From a virus (Duplodnaviria > Caudoviricetes), in the IMG/VR virus record IMGVR_UViG_3300048574_000181, positions 1 to 24,833 of that record: 24,833 nucleotides of DNA; one strand, given 5' to 3'. Position numbers and translations under genes: made by a program. How positions within the stretch are numbered: the stretch's first letter is position 1; every line of letters starts with the position of its first letter. Below are positions 14,385 to 22,136 of the stretch, in pieces. The notes below the pieces were generated by a model. It was not told the DNA's origin, ran no database searches, and worked only from the letters and a program-made list of their open reading frames with translations.

Positions 14385-15436
14385 TGACCGATCTGCCCGA
14401 AACCTCCACCTGGGAAGCCGGCATCTATCAGCTGGAAACTACGGATCCCGTCGTCGGCGGCCCCCCGAACATTGCCACCAAGGCGGGCGCGTCCAACATC
14501 GCAGCCTGGCAACTCGGCAACCGCACCCGCTGGCTGAAGGATCAACTGGCTGCAGTCCAGGCGATGATCGGGGCGGCATCGACAGCCGTCGCCGGCATCG
14601 TCAGGCTGAACGACACGGTGACCTCGACCGCAGTCAACGAGGCGGCGACGGCGAATGCGGTCAAGACGGCGAACGACAACGCCAGCAGCCGGGCGCTGAA
14701 GGCTACCACGGTCACCGGCGGCGGCTTGGCGACCGGCGGTGGCGATCTGTCCGCGAACCGGACGATCACCGTGCCCGTGGCTTCGCAGGCCGTCGCGGAG
14801 GCAGGAACGGACAACACCACCGCAATGACGCCGCTGCGCGTGGCCCAGTACCTCGCAGCGCGCCTGGTTGCGCTCCTGCCGGTCGCATCGACGACAGATG
14901 CCGGCATCGTCCGCCTCGTGCACAGCACGTCGTCGACATCGCAGGCCGAGGCGCCGACGGCGGCAATCCTCAAGACGGTCCAGGACAACGCGAACACCCG
15001 CGCGCTCGCGTCGCGGACCATCTCGACGGCCGGTCTCGCCACGGGCGGCGGCGACCTGACCGCCAACCGCACGGTGACAGTGCCGGTGGCCAGCACGGCG
15101 CAGGCCCAAGCCGGCACCGACAATACCACCGCGATGACGCCCATCCGGGTCAGCGAGGCCTTGGCCGCGCTTGCCCCCGGCGTGATCGCGACAGCCGGAT
15201 ACGCCAGCGTCGGCGCCTACGTGCTGGCCATGCGAACCGCGACGGGGCCCATCACCGCAGGTCAGGTGCTGGCGGGGAGCGCGCTGAAGGTGTTCGGGAT
15301 CGTGCAGAATAGCCCGGACAACGACAACACCAACGGCCTCTCCGGCGCGACACTCCCCGGCACCTGGCGGGCCATGTGTGCCGTGGCCGGCAGCGCCGGA
15401 CACTATTCGTCCGGCCTTTTCCTGAGGATTTCGTGA
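14384..15436 (+). CDS. Tail fibre protein with an internal 103-aa duplication
   Basis: N-terminal anchor W..GIYQLET.DPV.GG...QL.NRT.WLK. Two AST..AGIVRL fibre repeats. C-terminal LPGTWR.M...LFLRIS. Follows gpI. Confidence 0.9.
   Translation: MTDLPETSTWEAGIYQLETTDPVVGGPPNIATKAGASNIAAWQLGNRTRWLKDQLAAVQAMIGAASTAVAGIVRLNDTVTSTAVNEAATANAVKTANDNASSRALKATTVTGGGLATGGGDLSANRTITVPVASQAVAEAGTDNTTAMTPLRVAQYLAARLVALLPVASTTDAGIVRLVHSTSSTSQAEAPTAAILKTVQDNANTRALASRTISTAGLATGGGDLTANRTVTVPVASTAQAQAGTDNTTAMTPIRVSEALAALAPGVIATAGYASVGAYVLAMRTATGPITAGQVLAGSALKVFGIVQNSPDNDNTNGLSGATLPGTWRAMCAVAGSAGHYSSGLFLRIS
14576..15170 (+). repeat. Diverged tandem duplication, period 309 nt
   Basis: Copies start at 14576 (GCATCGACAGCC) and 14885 (GCATCGACGACA). 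Both encode GIVRL...GLATGGGDL.ANRT.TVPVAS...AGTDNTTAMTP.RV. Confidence 0.9.
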
Positions 15437-15993
15437 TGCTTTCAGCCGTGAACTACCGCAACCCACGTGCGACCGCCGGAGACGCGATCGAATGCGAGAT
15501 CGAGCACCCGCGGTTCGGATGGATCCCGTTTGTGGCCTCGCCCGCCGACCCCGAGGCCCACGGCCGCCAGATCCACGCCCGCATTCTCGGCGACCAGGTC
15601 GCGATCGCGCCCCATCAGGCGGACATGACGGTGACCGGGGCCGACGTGGACCGCGAGTGCGATCGCCGCCTGCGCGGCACCGCCGCGTTCGGGGCCCACA
15701 CCTTCCAGACCGACCAGCTGTCGCTGATCCGCATCGCCGGAGCCGGCTCGCTCGCGGCTGCCGCCCTCGTGGCCGGCGCGCAGCCCGGAGACTACCGCTG
15801 GCACGGCGGCGGCGAGGACTTCGTCTGGTTCAGCGCCGACAACACTGCGGTTCCGCTCGATGCCCAGGCGATGTTCTCCTTCGCGCAGGCGATGGCGATC
15901 CGCGAGGGCGACTTCGTGAGGGCGTCCCGCGCCCTCAAGGGCATGACACCTATCCCCGCCGACTTCACCGACAATCGCTACTGGCCCGCCTGA
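15436..15993 (+). CDS. Tail fibre assembly/chaperone-like protein (DUF4376-like C-terminus), 185 aa
   Basis: TGATG coupling to the fibre gene. Motifs RNPR...I.CEIEHP.FGWIPF.ASP.D.E.HGR, FQTD, W..ADN..V.LDA and IP.DF.D..YWP. Confidence 0.75.
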   Translation: MLSAVNYRNPRATAGDAIECEIEHPRFGWIPFVASPADPEAHGRQIHARILGDQVAIAPHQADMTVTGADVDRECDRRLRGTAAFGAHTFQTDQLSLIRIAGAGSLAAAALVAGAQPGDYRWHGGGEDFVWFSADNTAVPLDAQAMFSFAQAMAIREGDFVRASRALKGMTPIPADFTDNRYWPA

Positions 15994-16005
15994 AAGGAGC
16001 CGACC

Positions 16006-17190
16006 ATGCCTGCACAGTTTCTTCACGGGACCGAGGTCGTCCAGATCAACGACGGCATCCGCCCGATCCTCACCGTCAAGTCTTCGATCATCGGCATCGT
16101 CGGCACCGCGCCCCTGGCCGACGTCCAGGTCTTCCCGGCCGACACCCCGGTGCTCGTTACCGGGCCACGTCAGGCCGCGCTCCTGGGCGCCACCGGCACT
16201 CTCAAGGATGCCTACGAGGCGGTCTACGCCCAGGGCGTGAACGTCGCCGTGGTGATCCGGGTAGCCGAGGGGGCCGACGCGGCCGCCACTCTGGCGGCGG
16301 TGGCTGGCGACGAGACGCTGCAGACCGGCGTCTGGGCGCTCCTGACGGCGGCCAGCATCACCGGGCAGACGCCGCGCATTCTCTGCGCGCCCGGTTTCAC
16401 GTCGACCCTTGCCGCCGATCCGGCCGGCCCGGTGACCGTCAACCTCGTCTCGATCGCGTCCCGGCTGCGCGGCGTCGCTATCGCCGACGGGCCCAACACG
16501 ACGGAAGCCGATGCGATCGCCGACGCAGGCAAGCACGGGTCGGACCGCCTCTACATCGTCGATCCCGCGGTGCGGGTCTTCGATACGGTCTCGGCGGCCT
16601 TCGTGACGCGGCCCGCCTCGGCTTATGTCGCCGGCATGATCTCGAAGCGCGACCAGGAGTTCGGCTTCTGGTTCTCGCCCTCGAACGCGATCGTGCAGGG
16701 CATCAGCGGCACGGCCCGGCCCGTCAGCTTCATGCTGTCCTCGGCCGAAACCGAGGCGAACCGCCTGAACGAGGCGCGCGTCGCCACCGTCGTGCAGCAG
16801 AACGGCTTCCGCCTCTGGGGCAACCGTACGCTCGCAACCGATCCGCTCTGGACCTTCCTGCCGGTGCGCCGTACCGCCGACATGATATACGAGAGCATCG
16901 AAGCCGCGCATCTCTGGGCGATGGACCGCCCGTTCTCGCAGCAGCTCATCCTCGATATCCGCGACAGCGTGCAGGCCTATCTGAACACGCTCGTGGCGCG
17001 CGGCGCCCTTCTCGGCGGGCGGGTCTGGCTCGATCCGGAGCTGAACACGCAAGCGACGCTCGCCAACGGCGAACTCTACCTCGACTTCGACATCGAGCCG
17101 CCCGCGCCGCTCGAACACCTCACCTTCCGGGCCCATCGCAACGGCGAGTACTACGAGGAACTCGTCGGCGAGATCGTGGCCGTCAGCTAA
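16006..17190 (+). CDS. gpFI: Contractile tail sheath (P2 FI family)
   Basis: AAAGGAG RBS; FLHG.EV..I..G.RPI, PRILCAPGF, GFW.SPSN, GFRLWGNRT, F..VRRTAD, P.PLEHL.F. Confidence 0.96.
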   Translation: MPAQFLHGTEVVQINDGIRPILTVKSSIIGIVGTAPLADVQVFPADTPVLVTGPRQAALLGATGTLKDAYEAVYAQGVNVAVVIRVAEGADAAATLAAVAGDETLQTGVWALLTAASITGQTPRILCAPGFTSTLAADPAGPVTVNLVSIASRLRGVAIADGPNTTEADAIADAGKHGSDRLYIVDPAVRVFDTVSAAFVTRPASAYVAGMISKRDQEFGFWFSPSNAIVQGISGTARPVSFMLSSAETEANRLNEARVATVVQQNGFRLWGNRTLATDPLWTFLPVRRTADMIYESIEAAHLWAMDRPFSQQLILDIRDSVQAYLNTLVARGALLGGRVWLDPELNTQATLANGELYLDFDIEPPAPLEHLTFRAHRNGEYYEELVGEIVAVS

Positions 17191-17202
17191 GGAGATCAGC
17201 CC

Positions 17203-17706
17203 ATGTCGCTTCCCCGCACGATCCGCAACTTCAACGCCTTCGTCGACGGCCGCAGTTACTTCGGCATCGCCACCGAGGCCAAGCTCCCGCAGCCGAAAAT
17301 CCAGACCGAGGCCCACCGCGGCGCCGGCATGGACGCGCCCGTCGGCATCGACATGGGCATGGAGGGCATGTCGGCGGAGATCACCTTCGCCGAATGGGAT
17401 CCGGTCCTCTTCAAGAAGCTCGGCCGGCAGGAGCGCTTCGTGCTGCGCCCAGCCCAGCTCGGCGAGGATACGCCGAACGCCGACACCATCATCGTGACCG
17501 TCGGCGGCCTGATCACCGCGCCGGAGACGGGCGACCTGAAGCCCGGCCAGAATGCCGCATCGTCCCTGAAGCTGACGATGGACGTCCGCTACTACCGGCT
17601 TGAAATCAACGGAGAGGAGATCATGGAGATCGACCTCGTGAACGCCAAGCGGGTCATCGGCGGCGTCGACCAGCTGAAGGAAATCCGTCGCGCCATGGGC
17701 ATCTGA
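17203..17706 (+). CDS. gpFII: Tail tube (P2 FII family)
   Basis: TAAGGAG RBS; LPR.I.NFN.FVDG..Y.G, E.HRGAGM, YYRL.I.GEE..EID, GGVDQL...R.A.G. Confidence 0.95.
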   Translation: MSLPRTIRNFNAFVDGRSYFGIATEAKLPQPKIQTEAHRGAGMDAPVGIDMGMEGMSAEITFAEWDPVLFKKLGRQERFVLRPAQLGEDTPNADTIIVTVGGLITAPETGDLKPGQNAASSLKLTMDVRYYRLEINGEEIMEIDLVNAKRVIGGVDQLKEIRRAMGI

Positions 17707-17716
17707 GGAGACCGAC

Positions 17717-18019
17717 ATGACCGATACCGCCTACATCCTCAGCGAGCCGATCATACGCAAGGAGGGAGACATCTCCTCCGTCACGTTGCGCAAACCCGGC
17801 ACCGGCGATCTTCGGGGACTGATGCTGACAAAGGTCTTGCAGATGGACGTCAACACGCTCCTCGTGCTCCTGCCCCGCATCACCAGTCCCGCACTCCTGC
17901 CCGACGAGGTTGCCGGCCTCGATCCGGCCGATCTTCTCGGCCTGAGCGGCCGGGTGGTCGATTTTTTCATGACGGCCCGGCAGCGGGCACAGGCGGAAGC
18001 GGAGCTCCGGCTGACCTAG
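17717..18019 (+). CDS. gpE: Tail assembly chaperone (P2 gpE-like)
   Basis: L.EPI.R....I..V.LRKP..GDLRGL, LLPRIT.P.L, LDPADL..L...VVDFF. Confidence 0.9.
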   Translation: MTDTAYILSEPIIRKEGDISSVTLRKPGTGDLRGLMLTKVLQMDVNTLLVLLPRITSPALLPDEVAGLDPADLLGLSGRVVDFFMTARQRAQAEAELRLT

Positions 18020-18171
18020 GGCTGCCGGAAGATGTCGATGACGCTGTGGCGGATATCGCCATCGTGTTCGGCTGGGGGCTTGCCGAGATCTACGGGCTGA
18101 GCCTCGACGATCTGGCCAGGTGGTGGGCAAAGGCCCGGGCGCGGGCGGAGAATGGGCAAGACGATGGCTGA
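17962..18171 (+). CDS. gpE'-like extension reached by programmed -1 frameshift (E+E' fusion 17717..18171, about 151 aa); absent from the ORF track
   Basis: Slippery heptamer T TTT TTC at 17962-17968. The -1 frame is open to TGA 18169-71 and encodes VADIAIVFGWGLAEIYGLSLDDLARWWAKARAR, the P2 GpE-family motif. Confidence 0.85.
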   Translation, partial: FFHDGPAAGTGGSGAPADLGLPEDVDDAVADIAIVFGWGLAEIYGLSLDDLARWWAKARARAENGQDDG

Positions 18172-20137
18172 TCTCAACATCTCCCTGATCCTGCGGCTCG
18201 TGGACAAGGCGACAGCGCCCGCGCGCACGGCGCTCAGGGAGGTCGAGCGCATGGGCGGGCGACTGCGCGAGGTCGGCCGGGAACAGATCGACCTCTCGCG
18301 CGAGCAGCTGGCAGCCAACGCCGACCGCCGCCGCGCGCTCATCGGTGAAGCGGCGGGGCTTGCCGCGACCGGATACGGCTTCTACCGGCTCCTCCGGCCG
18401 GCCGTGCAGTTCGAACGGCAGATGGCGCGCGTCGGCGCCGTTTCCCGTGCCTCCGACGCCGATCTCGGTAGACTGACCGAGAGCGCACTTCAGCTCGGCC
18501 GCGATACCTCGTGGTCGGCCAGTCAGGCGGCCGAGGGCATGCAGTACCTCGCGATGGCCGGCTTCGGCGTGAACGAGACGCTCGCCGCCATGCCCGGCGT
18601 ACTCGATCTCGCCAGCGCCGGCGCCACCGATATCGGCACCACGGCACAGATCGCCTCGAACATGCTTTCCGGCTTCAACCTCGAAGCCGCCGAGATGGGC
18701 CGCGTCGGCGATGTGCTCACGAACACCTTCACGACATCGAACACCAGCCTCGCCGACCTCGGGCTGACCATGGAGTATGTCGCCCCGCAGGCCGCCGCTG
18801 CGGGGGTGTCGATCGAGACCGTCGCGGCCATGGCCGGCAAGCTTGGCGATGCAGGCATCCAGGGCGAGAAATCGGGCACGGCGCTGCGCGCGATGCTGTC
18901 GCGGCTTGTGGCGCCGTCGAACGAGGCGGCGCGCGCGCTCGACCGGCTCGGGATCGCAGTCGCGGACAAGGACGGCAACCTCCGCGACATGCCGACGATC
19001 CTGGCGGAGATGGACGCGGCGATGAGGGACATGGGGTCTGCCGCCCGAGGCGAGCTCATCTCGGTCATCTTCGGGATGGAGGCGTCGGCCGCCGCCACAG
19101 TGCTTCTCGGAGAGGCTGGTAGCGAAGAGTTGCGGCGTTACGCCGAAAGCCTCCGCGAGACCGGATCGGCCGCACGCGTCGCCAAGGCGATAAACGAGGG
19201 AACCGCCGGGGCGCTGGAGCAGCTTTCCGGACAGGTGGAGACCCTCAGCATCACGCTCGGTACCGCTCTCGTGCCCGTGCTCGTGACCATGATCGACAAG
19301 ATCATGCCGATCATCGACGCCGTCACGGTCTGGGTCGAACAGAACCAGGAGTTGGTGCAGATCATCGGTTGGGTAACCGCAGGGCTCTTTCTCACGAGTA
19401 CGGCGATGCTGGCTGTCCGCTTCGCCATGAACGGCGTGGTCGGCCTTTTCTGGGTCTTCAACGCTGCCCTCGGGCTCATGTCGCTCGCCGCGGGTGCTGC
19501 TCCGGCTGTCCTTGGGGGCGTCGCGGTCGCGATCAACGCGGTGGGGGCCGCGCTTGTGGCCGTGGGACGGTTCGCCTGGGCAAACCCCATCGTCCTGGTC
19601 ATCGCCGCGATCGCGGGCGGGGCGCTCTTGATCTACAGGAACTGGGACGGTGTCGTCGCCTTCTTCCAAGCCCTCTGGGAAAAGCTGAGGGTGATCTTCG
19701 ACAGTATCAAGTCGGCGATCGCGGCGGCTTTTGCGCCACCGCCAGATTGGGGCGAGCCGGGCGGCCCGCCGCTCTACAAGGGTCCGAACGTGACCCTGCC
19801 GCGCACGCAGGGGCCGGCGCCAGGGGAGATCGAGGACTATCTCGGTGGCCAGCGCGCACTCGGCGGGCCGGTTCGGGCCGGCACCATCTACCGCTGGATG
19901 GAAGAGGGGCAGGAGCTCTTCATGCCGCGCACCGACGGAGCGGTGATCTCGTCCCGCGAGATCAGGGCGCTCCGCGCCGGCGGTGGGGCGCGCAGCCTCC
20001 GGATAGGCGACATCGTCATAAACGCCGCGCAGGGGCAGTCGCCCGAGGAGATCGCACGCGAGGTGATGCGCCGGCTCGAGCGGATGGCATCCCAGGCCGG
20101 TGTTCCCTTGCACGACGGAGGCGGCTATGCAGCTTAG
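18164..20137 (+). CDS. Tape measure protein (TP901-type core), 657 aa
   Basis: L.L.LVDKATAP, FE..MARVGAV, SASQAAEGM.YLA.AGF, AMPGVLDLA, GIQG..SGTALRA, ANPI.LVI.AIA..A.LIY.NWD, RALGGPV. Alternative start at 18152. Confidence 0.95.
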   Translation: MADLNISLILRLVDKATAPARTALREVERMGGRLREVGREQIDLSREQLAANADRRRALIGEAAGLAATGYGFYRLLRPAVQFERQMARVGAVSRASDADLGRLTESALQLGRDTSWSASQAAEGMQYLAMAGFGVNETLAAMPGVLDLASAGATDIGTTAQIASNMLSGFNLEAAEMGRVGDVLTNTFTTSNTSLADLGLTMEYVAPQAAAAGVSIETVAAMAGKLGDAGIQGEKSGTALRAMLSRLVAPSNEAARALDRLGIAVADKDGNLRDMPTILAEMDAAMRDMGSAARGELISVIFGMEASAAATVLLGEAGSEELRRYAESLRETGSAARVAKAINEGTAGALEQLSGQVETLSITLGTALVPVLVTMIDKIMPIIDAVTVWVEQNQELVQIIGWVTAGLFLTSTAMLAVRFAMNGVVGLFWVFNAALGLMSLAAGAAPAVLGGVAVAINAVGAALVAVGRFAWANPIVLVIAAIAGGALLIYRNWDGVVAFFQALWEKLRVIFDSIKSAIAAAFAPPPDWGEPGGPPLYKGPNVTLPRTQGPAPGEIEDYLGGQRALGGPVRAGTIYRWMEEGQELFMPRTDGAVISSREIRALRAGGGARSLRIGDIVINAAQGQSPEEIAREVMRRLERMASQAGVPLHDGGGYAA

Positions 20138-20528
20138 CTTCGTCATGATGGCGCTCGGACTTTTCCGCTTCGGCGTCAGCCAGGGTACCTACCAGACCTT
20201 CACGCGCTCGGCGCGCTACCGCTGGGAAAAACTCGACCGCACCGGCCGCGCGCCGGCCCTGCAGTTCCTCGGACCGGACGCCGATGAAGCGGTGCTTGAA
20301 GGGGTGATTTATCCCCATTTCAAGGGCGGTCTGAGGCAGGTCGAACTGATGCGGCTCGCCGCGCGGCTCGGCCAGCCGATGATGCTCGTGGATGGCCTCG
20401 GCTGGGTCTGGGACCGCTGGTCGATCATCGCCGTTGAGGAGAAGCAGTCCGTGTTCCTCGCCGACGGCGCCCCGCGGCGGATCGACTTCACCATCCGCCT
20501 CCAGGCTTACGGGAGCGATATGGCATGA
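20127..20528 (+). CDS. gpU: Tail tube initiator (P2 gpU family), 133 aa
   Basis: GGAGG RBS; MMALG.FRF, R.GR.PA.QFLGP, L.G.IYP, LVDG.G, F..DGAPRRI.F. Confidence 0.93.
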   Translation: MQLSFVMMALGLFRFGVSQGTYQTFTRSARYRWEKLDRTGRAPALQFLGPDADEAVLEGVIYPHFKGGLRQVELMRLAARLGQPMMLVDGLGWVWDRWSIIAVEEKQSVFLADGAPRRIDFTIRLQAYGSDMA

Positions 20529-20734
20529 GACGCGTCATCACCCGCGACGGTGACATGCTCGATGCGATCTGCAAGGCCGAACTCGGGGCCGAGGCGCACG
20601 CGGCAACCGTGCTCGACCTCAACCCGCGTCTGGCCGATCTGGGCCCGGTCTATGCAGCCGGGGTCGCCATCGTGCTGCCCGACGCCGCCGCCCCGGCGGC
20701 GAAACCCGCGATCCGACTTTGGGGGGCCGCATGA
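20525..20734 (+). CDS. gpX: Tail protein X (LysM-like, P2 gpX)
   Basis: GDMLDAIC, VL..NP.LA.LGP...AG..I.LP, IRLWG. Confidence 0.93.
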   Translation: MRRVITRDGDMLDAICKAELGAEAHAATVLDLNPRLADLGPVYAAGVAIVLPDAAAPAAKPAIRLWGAA

Positions 20735-21702
20735 AGCCGGATTTCCGCGTCGTGGCCAATGCCAAGGACGTTACCAAGGCGATCCGCGACCGTCTGCTTA
20801 CGCTCACGGTGATCGACGAGGACGGCTTCTCGGCCGACCGGGCGGAGATCACGGTCGACGACCGCGACGGACTGGTCGCATTTCCAGAAATGGATGCCAC
20901 GCTCGACATATCGCTGGGGTTTTCGGGGAACCTCACCTTCCTCGGGCGCTATGCGGTAGATGGCGTGGCCGGAACCGGGCCGCGCCAGACCATGACGATC
21001 ACGGCAACCGCCGCCGACATGAAGGGTGACATCCGCGCCCCGAAGACCCGCGCCTGGGAAGACGTGACCCTGAAGGACATCGTGGCCAGGATCGCCGCCG
21101 AGGCGCGGCTGAGCCCGGTCGTCGGCAAGAGCGTCGCCACGGCCCACTGGCCCTACGTGGCGCAGACGGCCGAGAGCGATCTGCATTTCCTGACGCGTCT
21201 CTCCGGCACGCTCGACGCGACCACGAAACCTGCCGGCGGTCGGCTCATCGTCCAGCGGCGGGGCGAGGGAAAGACGGCCGCCGGAGACCAGATCGAGCCC
21301 GTGAAACTCACTCCCATGAGGCTCTCCGAATGGAACTGGAAGCTTGACGCCCGTGAGGACTACGGCACCTGCGAGGCGGAATGGTCCGACACCGGCGGGG
21401 GCGCCCGGCAAAAGATCACCAAGGGGACCGGAACACCGCTGAAGAAGCTCCGTCATGTATTCGCCTCGTCGGCCGAGGCCGATCGCGCCGCGTCGGCCGA
21501 GCTTTCTCGGGCCGCCCGCGCCGGGCTGACCCTGAAGGGACGCATCGCCGGGTTCGAACCGGCTCTCTTCGCCGGCGGCCTGCTGTCGATCGACGGCCTG
21601 CGGGCCGAGATGAACGGCGAATGGCACGTCGCGCGCGTCGTGCACGAACTCGGCGCCGGGCTCACCACGAAGTTCGAGGCGCTGAAGGCGAGGCAGGGCT
21701 GA
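20731..21702 (+). CDS. gpD: Baseplate hub / late control D family protein (P2 gpD), 323 aa
   Basis: DVT..IRDRL..LTV.DE.G..AD...I..DDRDG, G.Y.VD, QTAESDLHFLTRL, W.V.RV.H.L..G.TT. Confidence 0.93.
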   Translation: MKPDFRVVANAKDVTKAIRDRLLTLTVIDEDGFSADRAEITVDDRDGLVAFPEMDATLDISLGFSGNLTFLGRYAVDGVAGTGPRQTMTITATAADMKGDIRAPKTRAWEDVTLKDIVARIAAEARLSPVVGKSVATAHWPYVAQTAESDLHFLTRLSGTLDATTKPAGGRLIVQRRGEGKTAAGDQIEPVKLTPMRLSEWNWKLDAREDYGTCEAEWSDTGGGARQKITKGTGTPLKKLRHVFASSAEADRAASAELSRAARAGLTLKGRIAGFEPALFAGGLLSIDGLRAEMNGEWHVARVVHELGAGLTTKFEALKARQG

Positions 21703-22133
21703 TGGCGGATACCCGGATCCCCGCACCGAAGGGCCTGAGGCGCGCGGATGCCGCACTCGGGCGCATCGGCCACCTGCGCTCGGACATGCCGAGCCTTGAT
21801 GGCCAGACGCCGGTCATCGTCCAGGCTCCGGCCTTCGCGCCTGCGAGTGGCGTCCCGGGCACGGAGTTCACGTTGATCCCGCCGCTGGCAGAGGGCGGGC
21901 CGATCCCGGCCGTCTCGCTCGGCGCCCTGACGCTCGACGGCGTCGACGTGCGCGCGATGCTGAAGGGCCGCCGGTTCGTTGCGCCTACTGCCGGCACCCT
22001 GATCGCCGTCTGGCATGCGGCGAACGGCGTCGTCCCGCACGCGACGGCATCGGCGCAGGCGCTGGTCACTTCCACCGGAACGGGCGGCTTCAACCGCGGC
22101 TTCAGCACCGGCTTCAACCGGAACGAGGAGTAA
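21702..22133 (+). CDS. Hypothetical Ig-like virion adaptor ending in GFNRGFSTGFN, 143 aa
   Basis: TGATG coupling to gpD. Pro/Gly-rich beta-like core (...A.NGV...A.A). C-terminal GFxx repeat occurs three times. Confidence 0.7.
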   Translation: MADTRIPAPKGLRRADAALGRIGHLRSDMPSLDGQTPVIVQAPAFAPASGVPGTEFTLIPPLAEGGPIPAVSLGALTLDGVDVRAMLKGRRFVAPTAGTLIAVWHAANGVVPHATASAQALVTSTGTGGFNRGFSTGFNRNEE

Positions 22134-22136
22134 GCC

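Noticed and set aside
14576-15170. Diversity-generating retroelement TR/VR pair or invertible fibre cassette
   Set aside because: The repeats are in-frame, differ at all base types rather than only adenines, and no reverse transcriptase, invertase or inverted fibre copy is present in the window.
15492-17603. 703-aa + strand alternative-frame ORF and similar Arg/Pro-rich ORFs (6450-7355, 9245-10153, 14377-15312, 22757-23731)
   Set aside because: Off-frame overlaps of real genes with the Arg/Gly/Pro bias typical of GC-rich non-coding frames.
2147-21701. Upstream starts given by the ORF track (2147, 2998, 3525, 11153, 11296, 12150, 12371, 15376, 20100, 20719, 21381)
   Set aside because: They overlap preceding genes. 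Downstream ATGs coupled to the previous stop or with an RBS fit the family N-termini better.
22086-22121. CRISPR-like or DNA-level tandem repeat
   Set aside because: Only three 12-nt in-frame units with no spacers; explained by the GFxx peptide repeat.
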